DNA from: Mobula hypostoma
Lineage: Eukaryota
Length of the DNA stretch: 64,000 nt
Direction of reading: 5' to 3'
Assembly (NCBI RefSeq): GCF_963921235.1
Contig: NC_086100.1
Location: 203,486,001-203,550,000, forward strand
Positions 26,810 through 38,866 of the stretch are shown here, piece after piece. The notes beneath the pieces were generated by a model. That model worked only from the letters and a program-made list of their open reading frames with translations. It made no database searches and had not been told where the DNA came from. Numbering within the stretch: the first letter of the stretch is position 1; each line of letters begins with the position of its first letter. Position numbers and translations under genes: made by a program.

Positions 26810-27190
26810 CCTCTTTACCCAGAAAGCCCCACGAACGAGAAATTTATCTGTCAGCCACCGAAAGATCCAGCGATGCGCATGCGCCGCAGAGATGGCGTCG
26901 GCTTCAGCGCTCATCAGCTGAAAGCTCCCCGGGGCCCGGGTATGGATCGTGGGGCTGAGAGAGAGGGAAAGAACTGGCGCTGTCCTGTGGAGCAGGACCA
27001 GTTCGGCAGGAAGTTACAGTACTAGCCCTTCAATCGCGTTTCAGACGCCAGTGATTAATCCCACCCGGAGCCCCACTCCTACCTGCAGCCAATCCTTCGC
27101 AGCCTCTCGTTTACTGAGCGCATGCGTGATATTTGGGATTGCCTCACATCTCTGCGCATGCGTGTTCCATCAACCAGGGGAACGTCGGAA
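26810..27190 (-). promoter_or_regulatory. CpG-rich promoter and non-coding first exon candidate of the left ZNF gene
   Basis: Local CpG enrichment; NRF1-type GCGCATGCG at 26874-26884, 27118-27126 and 27153-27162; candidate donor TGG|GTAAAG at 26818-26817. Confidence 0.7.
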
Positions 27191-27194
27191 TTCC

Positions 27195-27420
27195 GAAGCA
27201 GCACCCACAAAGTGTTGGGGGAACTTAGAGGGGCAGGCAGCAACTATGGAGAGGGGTGAACAGTCGGCGTTTCAGACTGAGACCCTTCTTCAGGACTGGA
27301 AAGGAAGGGAGGGAGTCAGAATGTGGGGGGAGATGAGCTGATAGGTGAAACCGGGAGAGGGGTAGGGGTGAAGTAAAGAGCTGGGAAGTTGATTTGGGTG
27401 AGAGAGATCAAGGCCGCAGA
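27195..27420 (-). mobile_element. Old Penelope-derived terminal fragment with degenerate hammerhead (27261-27298)
   Basis: Minus strand CAGTC-CTGAAGA-AGGGTCTCAGTCT-GAAAC-GCC-GACTG; mirror of 31978-32205. Confidence 0.7.
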
Positions 27421-27430
27421 ATAATAATAA

Positions 27431-30400
27431 TAAGACAAGACAAATACCATAAGACAAAGGAGCAGAAGTCCGCCATTCAGACCATCGAGTCTGCTCTGCC
27501 ATTTTATCATGAGTTGATCCATTTTCTCCTATTTAATCCCACTGCCCTGCCTTCTCACCATAACCTTTGTTGCCCTGGCTACTCAGATACCTATCAATCT
27601 CTGCCTTAAATACACCCAATGGCTTGGCCTCCACTGCTGCACGTGGCAACAAATACCATAGATTCACCACCCTCTGATTAAAAAAATTTCTTCGCATTTC
27701 TGTTCTGAATGGGCGCCCTTCAATCCTTAAGTCATGCCCTCTCGTACTAGACTCCCCCATCATGGGAAACAACTTTGCCACATCCACTCTGTCCACGCCT
27801 TTCAACATTTGAAATGTTTCTATGAGGTCTCCCCTCATTCTTCTAAACTCCAAGGAATACAGCCCAAGAGCAGACAAACATTCCTCATATGTTAACCCTC
27901 TCATTCCCGGAATCATTCTAGTGAATCTTCTCTGTACCCTCTCCAACGTCAGCACATCCTTTCTTAAATAAGGAGACCAAAACTGCCAACAGTACTCCAA
28001 GTGAGGTCTCACCAGCTCCTTATAGAGCCTCAACATCACATCCCTGCTCCTATACTTTATTCCTCTAGAAATGAATGCCAACATTGCATTCGCCTTCTTC
28101 ACTACCGATTCAACCTGGAGGATAACCTTAAGGGTATCCTGTACGACTCCCAAGTCCTGTTGCATCTCAGAACTTTGAATTCTTTCCCCATTTAAATAAT
28201 AGTCTGCCCGTTTATTTTTTCTGCCAAAGTGCATAACCATACACTTCCCAACATTGTGCTTCATTTGCCACTTCTTTGCCCATTCTTCCAATCTATCCAA
28301 GTCTCTCTGCAGACTCTCCATTTCCTCAGCACTACTGGCCCCTCCACCTATCTTCGTATCGTCAGCAAACTTAGCCACAAAGCCATCTATTCCATAGTCC
28401 AAATCGTTGATGTACAATGTAAAAAGAAGCGGCCCCAACACGGACCCCTGTGGAACACCACTGGTAACCGGCAGCCAACCAGAATAGGATCCCTTTATTC
28501 CCACTCTCTGTTTCCTGCCAATCAGCCAATGCTCTATCCACGTATGTAACTTACCCGTAATTCCACAGGCTCTTATCTTGTTAAGTAGCCTCATGTGTGG
28601 CACCTTGTCAAAGGCCTTCTGAAAATCCAAATATACAACATTCACTGCATCTCCCTTGTCTAGCCTACTGGTAATTTCGTCAAAAAATTGTAATAGGTTT
28701 GTCAGGCAGGATTTTCCTTTGAGGAATCCATGCTGAGTTCTGCCTATCTTGTCATATGCCTCCAGGTACTCTGTAAACTCATCCTTGACAATCAACTCCA
28801 ACAACTTCCCAACCACCGATGTCAAGCTAACAGGTCTATAATTTCCTTTTTGCTTCCTTGCCCCCTTCTTAAATAGCGGAGTGACGTTTGCAACTTTCCA
28901 GTCCTCCGGAACCATGCCAGAATCTATCGACTTTTGAAAGATCATCGCTAATGCCTCCGCAATCTCCACAGCTACTTCCTTCAGAACACGAGGGTGCAAT
29001 CCATCTGGTCCGGGAGATTTATCTACCTTTAGACTATTCAGCTTCCTGAGTACCTTCTCTGTCGTAATTGTGACTGCACACACTTCTCTTCCCTGCCACC
29101 CTTGAGTGTCCGGTATACTGCTGATGTCTTCCTCAGTGAAGACTGATGTAAAATACTTGTTCAGTTCCTCTGCCATCTCCTTATCTCCCATTACATTTTC
29201 TCCAGCATAATTTTCTATCGGTCCTATATCTACTCTGACCTGTCTTTTACTCCTTATATACTTGAAAAAGCTTTTAGTATCCTCTTTGATATTATTTGCT
29301 AGCTTCCTTTCATAGTTAATCTTTTCCTTCTTAATGACCTTCTTAATTTCCTTTTGTAAGGTTTTAAAAACTTCCCAATCCTCTGTCTTCCCACTAATTT
29401 TTGCTTCCTTGTATGCCCTCTCCTTTGCTTTAACTTTGGCTTTGACTTCTCTTGTCAACCACGGTTGCATCCTTTTACCATTCGAAAATTTCTTCTTTTT
29501 TGGAATATACCTGTCTTGCACCTTCCTCACTTCTCGCATAAACTCCAGCCACTGCTGCTCTGCCGTCTTTCCCGCCAGTGTCTCTTTCCAGTCAACTTTG
29601 ACCAGTTCCTCTCTCATGCCACTGTAGTTTCCTTTACTCCACTGAAATACCGACACATCAGATTTCGGCTTCTCTTTTTCAAATTTCACAGTGAACTCAA
29701 TCATGTTATGATCACTGCCTCCTAAGGGTTCCTTCACCTCAATCTCTTTAATCACCTCCGGTTCATTACACAATACCCAATCCAGTACAGCCGATCCCAT
29801 CGTGGGCTCAACAACAAGCTGTTCTAAAAAGCCATCTCACAGACATTCTACAAATTCTCTCTCTTGAGATCCAGTGCCGACCTGATTTTCCCAATCCACT
29901 CGCATGTTAAAATCCCCCAGAATTATCATAACACTGCCCTTCTGACAAGCCTTTTCTATTTCCAGTTGTAATTTGTAGTCCACATCCCTGCAGCTGTTTG
30001 GAGGCCTATAAATAACTGCCATCAGGGTCCTTTTACCCCTGCTATTCCTTAGCTCAAACCATAAAGATTCTGCACCTTCTGATCCTATATCACCTCTTTC
30101 TAATGATTTAATATCATTGCCTACCAATAAAGCCACGCCTCCCCCTCTGCCTACCTTCCTATCCTTCCGATACACCATGTATCCTTGGACGTTCAGCTCC
30201 CAGAGACATGCATCCTTTAGTCAGGTCTCAGTGATGGCCACAATATCATACCTGCCAATCTGTAGCTGTACAACAAGATCATCCACCTTATTCCTTATGC
30301 TGCGTGCATTTCAGTATAACAGCTTAAGACCAGTATTTGGTACTTTTCGCTTTGATTTTGCTGCGACTTTATTGCACTGCAACTCATCCCAATAGCTACA

Positions 30401-31322
30401 AATTTGCCCCATCACCTGCCTGTCTTTCCTGACATCTTTACTGCTCACTATCTTAGATTTATTTCAGCTTTCCTCTTCCTCCGCTCTGTCATTCTGGTTC
30501 CCATCCCCCTGCCAAATTAGTTTAAACCCTCCCTTACAGCTCTATTAAACTTTCCCGCCAGGATATTGGTCCCCTTCGGGTTCAGGTGTAATCTGTCCAT
30601 TTTGAACAGGTCATACTTCCCTCAGAAGAGATCCCAATTATCCAAGAATCTGAAGCCCTGCCCCCTGCACCAGTCTCTCAGCCACGCATTCATCTGCCTG
30701 ATCCGACTATTCTTGCCCTTGCTAGCACGTGGCACAGGTAGCAATCCCGAGATTACTACCCTGGAGGTCCTACTTCTCAGCTTCCTTCCTAACTCCTGGA
30801 AATCTCTCTTCAGGACCTCCTCCTTTGTCCTATCCATGTCATTAGTACCAACATGTACCAAGACAACTGGCTGCTCACCCTCCTCCTTCAGAATATTCTG
30901 GACCCGATCCGAGACATCCCGTACCCTGGCACCTGGGAGGCAACACACTATGCGGGTATCTCTGTCAGGCTCACTGAATCTCCTGTCTGTTCCCCTGACT
31001 ATGGAATCCCCTATGACTACCGCATTTCTCTTCTCCCTCCTTCCCTCCTGCACAACAGCGCCAGGCTCAGTGGCAGAGACCCGGTCACCGTGGGCGTCCC
31101 CTGTGAAGTCATCCCCCTCAACAGCATCCAGAACAAGATATTTCCACTATCCGGGCATTTTCCCTTCCCTCTCCTGACAGTCACCCAGTTTTCTGACCCC
31201 TGTAGCCTAGGGATGACTACCTCCCTGTAGCTCCTGTCTATCACCTCTTCACTTTCCCTAATAAGTAGTAGGTCATCAAGCTGCAGCTCCAGATCCCTAA
31301 CACGGTCTCTGAGGAGCTGCAT
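27431..31322 (-). mobile_element. Near full-length young CR1 LINE (ORF1 SGNH esterase; ORF2 APE-RT with one nonsense codon)
   Basis: ORF1 has VIGDS..VGTND. ORF2 is open 27533-29800 and continues in frame upstream across a single TGA at 29837-29839 (probably CGA>TGA). Confidence 0.95.
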
Positions 31323-31324
31323 CT

Positions 31325-31978
31325 CTTGACATCAATGGATCTGGGGTTGAGAGAGTAAACAGCTTTAAGTTCCTCGGGATCCTCATCACCGAGGACCTCA
31401 CGTGGTCTGTGAACTTCCCACGATACAGGGAATTTAGAAAGACAGGTGTGTAAAAAGGGTCCGCAGGATCATTGGGCACCCGAGTCGCAACAATCACAAT
31501 CTATTCCAGCAGCTACCATCGGGGCAACGTTACCGCGGTATAAAAGCCGGAAACAACAGGCTCCGGGACAGCTTCTTCCACTAGGAATCAGACTGTTTAT
31601 CTCACGCTGATTTGAGTGTACTTCTATGTTACATTGACTGTTCTGTTTATTATAAATTATTATAAATTGCTATGATTGCAAATTGCACATTTAGACGGAG
31701 GAGTAACGTAAACAGTTTTACTCCACATGTATGTGAAGGATGTAAGAAATAAAGTCAGTTCAACACATCTTTCTGCAACAGATCACAGTCTCTGCAATAT
31801 TATTTCATACATTATTATTGCACATTGGAGAGTATTATTGTGTATATTATTAACTCTACTTTATTTTTGGTAAAGTCTGCACAATGCTAAGTGTGATTTT
31901 AAATATTGCTGCTGTAACAACAGAATTACCCACTCGGAATCAATAAGGTATTTATTATTATTATTATTATTATTATTC
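31325..31978 (+). mobile_element. Rex1/Babar-type 3' fragments ending in (TTA)n
   Basis: VERVNSFKFLGILITEDLTWS and RLRDSFF motifs; GAATCAATAAGG followed by a (TTA)n run at about 31951-31977. Confidence 0.7.
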
Positions 31979-32205
31979 TCCAGCAACTTCACTGCTCTTG
32001 ACTTTACTCCTCCTCCTCTCCCGTTTTCATCGATCACCTCATCTCCCCCCACATTCTGACTCCCTCCCTTCCTTTCCAGTCCTGAAGAAGGGTCTCGGTG
32101 TGAAACGCCGCCTGTTCACTCCTCTCCATAGTTGCTGTCCGCCCCCGCGAGTTTCTCCAGCATTTTCTGCGCGTTGCTTTGGATTTCCGCATCTGCAGAT
32201 TTTCT
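31978..32205 (+). mobile_element. Old Penelope-derived terminal fragment with degenerate hammerhead (32077-32114)
   Basis: CAGTC-CTGAAGA-AGGGTCTCGGTGT-GAAAC-GCC-GCCTG followed by a ...CATCTGCAGATTTTCTC terminus. Confidence 0.7.
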
Positions 32206-32209
32206 CCCG

Positions 32210-32580
32210 TTTAAACCAACGCGCATGCGTAGTCATCGCGCCCAATCCCGAATATCGCGCATGCGCGGAGTAGAGGAGCGGCTTGCAAAGCTCGGACGCA
32301 GGTGGGAACGGGCTCCGGCGGGCCTTTTATAATCACCGGCGTCTGAAACGCGACCGAAGGACAATTACTGTGATTTACAGCCACACTGGTGCTGCACCCC
32401 ACGACAGTCCTGGTCTTTTCCCTCTCTCTCAGCCCCACGATCCGTACCCGGGCCCCAGGCAGCTTTCGACTCGTGGGTGGTGCCGCCGCCGCCAGTTTAG
32501 CGGCGCATGCGCATTCCTGTATCGTTCGATGCCGAACAGGGAGGTTTCTCTTCGTGAGGGCTTCTGGGTAAAGAGGCAGC
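32210..32580 (+). promoter_or_regulatory. CpG-rich promoter and non-coding first exon candidate of the right ZNF gene
   Basis: High CpG; NRF1-type GCGCATGCG at 32221-32229, 32257-32266 and 32503-32513; candidate donor TGG|GTAAAG at 32568-32569. Confidence 0.72.
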
Positions 32581-33739
32581 CATGGGCGTGAGTTCCGGCG
32601 TTGTCCCACACAGTCGAAGGAAGGGCGAGTGGATGTATCTCCCAAACGCTGCGAGCTCCAGCTATGTAAATCCGAGGATTATGAACTCGAAACAAAAATA
32701 TAGTTCCCAGTTAATCTCGGCTGAAGAGTTTACCTTCCAGTCAGTGAGAATGTCAATTAGTGCTGTATGGAAATAAAACCTTCCGTCAGATTTAGTTCTC
32801 TCTGGGTAAATAATGATATGAAACACCTTTGCCTCGATGACAAGTGACTTGTGGCTTTCACATTACAGAAGTGCCGCAGTCCAATGAGAATAACCACTGC
32901 CCTCCACTTCATATTCATTGGCATTGCCATCGATGGGTTCATCACTGTCAATCAGCTGGTGAGAGGCGATCCAAGTAATTAGTAAATCTCCAGGATCATA
33001 CATGTAGAAACAAGTGCTCTTTGTGGTGTTGTGGAACACGACCAGAACTTGAAATAATACCAAAGACAAATTGAGCTAAATCAGAAATAGCCTATTCTCG
33101 TACAGTCGGAGAATTTGATGGTCAGTCAGAATGTCTGTTCTGTGCCTTTCTCGAAGATGAGTGCATATAGAAACAGAAATCTACAATATATTACAGGCCC
33201 TTCGGCCCACAATGTTGTGCTGTCCATGTAACCTATTCTAGAAACTGCCTCGGATTTCCCAACTGCATTGCACTCTGTTTCTAAGCTCCATGTACATATC
33301 TAAGAATCTGCTCCCTATACATATCTAAGAGTCTCTCAAAATCTCTATGGTATCTGCCTCTACCATCAGCGCTGGCAGTACATTCCATGCACCTACTACT
33401 CTCTGTGTGAAAAACCTACCTCTGACATCCCCTTTGACCCTACTTCCAAGCCCCTTAAAACTATGCCCCTCATGTTTGCCAGTTCAGCCCTCGGAAAAAG
33501 CCTCTGGCTATCCACACGGTCTATACCTTTCATCATCTTATACGCATCTGTCAGGTCACCTCTCATCTTCCGCGCTCCAAAGTTTTCTATAGTATCCACA
33601 TCCTTCCTGTAATGAGGTATCTGAAGACAGTACTCTAAGTGGGGTATAAAGAATGTTTTATATAGTTGTAACATTACCTCACCACTCTTGAACTCAGTTC
33701 CACGGTAGATGAAGGCCTTTTTAACAGCAATGTCAGTCA

Positions 33740-34938
33740 GCGCAACACACACAAAAGTTGCTGGTGAACGCAGCAGGCCAGGCAGCATCTACAGGAAGAG
33801 GTACAGTTGACGTTTTGGGCCGAAACCGTTTGTCAGGACTAACTGAAAGAAGAGCTAGTAACAGATTTGAAAGTGGGAGGGTGAGGGGGAGATCCAAAAT
33901 GATAGGAGAAGACAGGAGGGGGAGGGATGGAGCCAAGAGCTGGACAGGTGATTGGCAAAAGGGATATGAGAGGATCATGGGACAGGAGGCCCAGGGAGAA
34001 GGAAAAGGGGGGAGGGGGGAAAACCCAGAGGATGGGCAAGGGGTATAGTGAGGGGAACAGAGAGAGAAAAAGCAGAGAAAGAGAGAAAGAATGTGTCTAT
34101 ATAAATAAATAACGGATGGAGTACGAGGGGGAGGTGGGGCATTAGCGGAAGTTAGAGAAGTCAATCTTCATGCCATCAGGTTGGAGGCAACCCAGATGGA
34201 ATATAAGGTGTTGTTCCTCCAACCTGAGTGTAGCTTCATCTTTACAGTAGAGGAGGCCATGGATAGACATGTCAGAATGGGAATGGGACGTGGAATTAAA
34301 ATGTGTGGCCACTGGGAGATCCTGCTTTCTCTGGCGGACAGAGTGTAGGTGTTCAGCGAAGTGATCTCCCAGTCTGCATCGGGTCTCGCCAATATATAGA
34401 AGGCCACATCGGGAGTACCGGATGCAGTATATCATCCCAGCCGACTCACAGGTGAAGTGTCGCCTCACCTGGAAGGACTGTCTGGGGCTCTGGATGGTAG
34501 TGAGGGAGAAAGTGTAAGGGCATGTGTAGCACTTGTACCGCTTAGAAGGATAAGTGCCACGAGGGAGATCAGTGGGGAGGGATGGGGGGGACGAATGGAC
34601 AAGGGAGTCGTGTAGGGAGCGATCCCTGTGGAAAGCAGAGAGGTGGGGGTTGGGAAAGATGTGCTTAGTGGTGGGATCCCGTTGGAGGTGGCGGAAGTTA
34701 CGAAGAATAATATGTTGGACCCGGAGGCTGGTGGGGTGGTAGGTGAGGACGAGGGGAACCCTATTCCTCGTGGGGTCGCGGGAGGATGGAGTGAGAGCAG
34801 GGCAGGGGTGATATACTGCGTCCGGTGCTCCCGATGTGGCCTTCTACATATTGGCGAGACCCGATGCAGACTGGGAGATCGTTTCGCTGAACATCTAGGC
34901 TCTGTCCCCACTGATCTCCCTCCTGGCACTTATCCTTG
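33740..34938 (-). mobile_element. Penelope-like element 3' part (GIY-YIG endonuclease) with internally inverted 5' pieces
   Basis: ORF 34468-34142 GMIYCIRYSRCGLLYIGET; decayed hammerhead at 33805-33840; 34805-34900 and 34905-34938 are inverted copies of upstream parts. Confidence 0.88.
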
Positions 34939-37397
34939 AGGTATAAATATATGAGTAAAAGTTCTATAATATTCCACTGTATATCCATCTGGTCCCAGAG
35001 CCTTAGCTGATTGGAGAGAAGATATAGCCCTTGCTATTTCCTCTTGTTTAATAGGTGCATCTAATGTATTCATATCTTGAATAGAGATTTTAGGTATATT
35101 CAATTTTTGCAAAAATCTATTCATAAAGGTAATATCTGAAAATTCAGACTCATAAAGGTTAGAGTAGAAATCCATAAATATCTTACTAATTTCATCAGGA
35201 TCTACCGTTGCAGGTCTATCAGGTCTTTGTATTTTAAGAATCTGTCTTCTAGCCATATTTGCTTTCAACTGACCAGCTAATAATTTGCTTGACTTGTCTC
35301 CATGTATATAAAATTGGCTTTTGGATTTAAGAAGTTGCTGTTCAATGGGGAAAGTCAAAAGCAAATCATGTTGTGCTTGGAGTTCCCCCCTTTCCTTAAA
35401 GAGATCTTCACTAGGCGTTACTGAATAGAGTTTATCTATTTCTTTAATCCTATTAGTGATCAGCAAAAGTTCCGCCTTAGTTTTCCTTCTTGAACCTACC
35501 GAATATGAAATTATCTGTCCTCTTAAAAAGATTTCATCGCATCCCAAATAATCAAATTTGACATTCCCTCAGTTGTATTCAATTCAAAAAATAGAGAAAT
35601 TTGTTCCTTAATAAAATTTACAAAAGTCGAATCTTGTAACAATGAAATATTAAATCTCCACTGAGGTATGTGAATATTATCAGAGAATTCTGAAGTTAGT
35701 TTCATAGGTGCATGATCTGACAACGCAATCACATCATAGGCACACTCAACAACAGAGGGCACCAATCGCGTATCCAAGAAAAAATAATCAATTCTTGAAT
35801 ATTTATGATATACATGTGAAAAAAAAGAAAAATCTTTGTCTTTAGGAAATTTAAATCTCCAAATGTCTACCAGACCGTATTCTAATAAAAAAAGAATTAA
35901 TACAAGTCGCAGCTTTATCAGGAAGTGACAGATTGTTGGATGATCTGTCAATAGATGGGTTAAGACAACAATTAAAGTCACCTCCCATAATCAACTTATA
36001 TTCATTTAAATTTGGCAATACAAAGAATACACGAAGAAGTAAAGAGATTCCAAGTATTTTCATATTATGTCTAACAGTAGTTAAGACCGAATTAACGACG
36101 GCCATCTTAAATTCCATTTAATATACGCAGCTATGTATTCAGAAAAAAAGGATAAATCCAATCAACTAATATATACTAGAGCTAATATTAAAGACTTACA
36201 AATCAAAGAAAAAATAAGTAAATAGTATGTGTTAGATTCAGAACTACATTAACTGTTAAAGCAAACAACAACAGATCTAAGTAAGTTAACCAAGTCTGTG
36301 TCTGAACATTAATAAAACGAAAAGCGGACTTTCATCAACGGCGTTACAAACCACTCCCAGCTAAGGATCAACTTTTCAAATTGCTTACGAAGTGGACTTA
36401 AACTCTTATAAATTTCCAAATATCTTCTGGAGAGTCAATCCATTTTGGACAAGCATTGGGTGGAGTAATCATCAGACGAGCCGGGTAACGCAGCGACGGG
36501 CGACAGTTGATTTTAAAAAGTTCCGCCATCACTTCCTGATATTTAATTCTTTCAGCATAAATCTCTGGGGTAAAATCTTCAACTATACGAATCTTAGCTT
36601 CATAATAAATTAGCTTATCCCTTTTCCTTGCATTCTGAAGAATAGCTTCTTTGGTTGTCAAATAATGCAAACAGAGAATTACAGGACGTGGTTTAATTTT
36701 GGCTGATGATTTAAGGCACTGATTTCGGTGGGCTGTGTCCAATAACGGACAGGCTTCGAGAATGTCACTAAAAAGTGAATATAACATGTTCGAAAAAAAC
36801 TTTAGTGGCTCACCGGTTTCCGTATTTTCAGGCAAACCCAGTATACGTAGATTCATCCTGCGATTTCTGCTTTCTAAATCAACCGTTTTCTTCTTAATTC
36901 TTAATAATTCCGAAGTATTGTCATTAATTTTCTTTTCCATAAAAGACATCTTCAAATCCTGTTCTTTAATAGATTGATTCATTAATTCAAATTCCCTTTC
37001 AATTCTGTGAGTACACTGCTTAAGCGCCTGATATCAATCTTCCAAATTCCTCTAAGATTCCGGAATAGCGAAGATGGTTTTTTCAAACAATTCATTAGCT
37101 GTCGTCAATTTATCCATTTTGGTATCCAGCGTACCGATCTTCACATTAATAGCTTCTATTAAAGACAGCATTCTTTCTGAAGTAGAAACTTCCTCTGATT
37201 TCTCTGTTTGTTGCGGCTCGGGAAGGGTTTTGCCAGTCCTTAATTCGGTTCCAGCCATCGTAATTAAATCGTAAATCCTTCAGCGAATATAATAAATCTT
37301 CAAATTTGAAACGGATCTAGCAGTGGGAAGTAAGTTGTGAATGACGGAGCTGTGACAGAAAACGTCTTACTCCATACGCTGCCAAATGGAGACTCCC
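34939..37397 (-). mobile_element. L1-clade LINE: 5' UTR, ORF1 and N-terminal ORF2, 3'-truncated
   Basis: ORF1 LESRNRRMNLRILGLPE..RPVI..EDFT..LRYPARL; ORF2 GGDFN, YSRIDYF, SDHAP, WRFN, KALGPDGYTVEYY. AT-rich. Inserted after AAGGTAGAGC of the old CR1. Confidence 0.88.
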
Positions 37398-38224
37398 GCT
37401 CTACCTTATCAGTGTGTTTTGTTACATCCTCAAAGAATTCAGTCAGGTTCATAAGGCACGATCTGCCCCAGACAGAGCCATGCTGACTATCCCACATCAG
37501 ATTATGTTTCTCCAAATGCTCATAAATACTGCCTCTTAGGATCTTCTCCAAAAACTTGCCCTCCACTGAAGTAAGAACTACTGGTCTGTAATTTCCTTGA
37601 TTATCTCTACTCCCGCTCTTGAAAAGGGAACAATGTCTTCTAATCCTCTGGTACGTTTCTTCTCCCTATTGATGTGCAAAGATCATCGCCAGAGGCTCAG
37701 CAATTTCCTCCCTCACTTCCCACAGTAGCCTGGGGTATATCTCAAGTTAGTTGAGTACCCCCAACTTGAGATGAATTTGGTAAAATTGTGATGCCAGAGC
37801 TCATATTCAGAGATCTTATAGAAATGTGTAAAATTATGAAAGGAATAGGTAAGATAGAGGCAGGAAGAGTTGTTTCCACTGGTAGATGAGACTAGAACTA
37901 GAGGACATTGCCTCAAGGTTCGGGGGAAATTGGGATTGAGATGAATGAAGGAGTGGAGGCTACCTCAGTAAATATATTTAAGACAAGGTTGGATAGATTT
38001 TGACATAGTAGGGGAATTAAGGATTATGGGGAAAAGGCAGGTCGGTGGAGATGAGTCCATGGTCAGATTGGCCATGATCTTATTCAATGGTGGAGCAGGC
38101 TCGACGGGCCGGATGGCCGACTCCTGCTCCTATTTCTTATGTTCTTATGTTCTCACCACAGACTAAAATCTCTCCTGAAATATTGTCCTTCACCCATTGA
38201 TGTCTTTTCCAAATATTTTTACAG

Positions 38225-38866
38225 GTTTGAAATGGCAGAACACTTGTGTATGGGAATCACAAACATAACAACACATCGGTTTTGCTGACTCTGTCTGGAT
38301 ATTTAAGGAGTGACCAAATATTTTCTTTGCAACACCAACACATCTGCTGTCGACCCTTGGAGATGAAGAAGTATCACATTCCAGCTGGTGATGTATTCTG
38401 TCTCTGAAATGAAGTTTTCTGTTTTCACTCTGTGAAACTCACTGGAACCGGGAGCTGAGAACACACCAGCATTTGTTCACTCGAGATCAGTTCTTCAACT
38501 GCATTGATCGTACAAGGGATTCAAACGTCTGACTTTCTGAACTGCCAGAGAATTGATTGTAGTGAGATATCATTCTCCTTCTCTCAGTGTGGGAAGGGAT
38601 TCACTCACAGGCTACCCACAGACACACCAGTGAGTTCACCGTGGGGAGAGGCCATTCACCCGCTCTGTGCGAGGGAGGGGAACCACTCAGTCATCCAGTC
38701 TGAAGATACATCAGCAAGTTCACACCATAGTGAGATGCTCCACCTGTTCTGCAAGCGGGAAGCCGTTCTGTTATTGATGCTAAAGGTACATCAGAAAATT
38801 CACCAGTGAGAGGACATTGACCTGCTCAGACAGTGGAAAGGTATTCACACACTCAACCATGCCACA
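38225..38866 (+). other. Probable 5' part of the ZNF exon with decayed fingers; candidate acceptor at 38223-38224
   Basis: ATATTTTTACAG|GTTTG; mirror of 17264-17915. Confidence 0.55.

Noticed and set aside
32039..32695. Several overlapping GC-rich ORFs at the promoter
   Set aside because: No recognisable domain and no consistent frame conservation with the mirror copy; expected in CpG-rich DNA.
33805..33840. Third active hammerhead
   Set aside because: Core is mutated (CTGACAA, AAAAC) and stems are mismatched; probably inactive.
38504..38809. Shared ORF MIVQGIQTSD (also 17412-17639)
   Set aside because: TTG start, different stops, out-of-frame reading of decayed fingers; the similarity is explained by the duplication.
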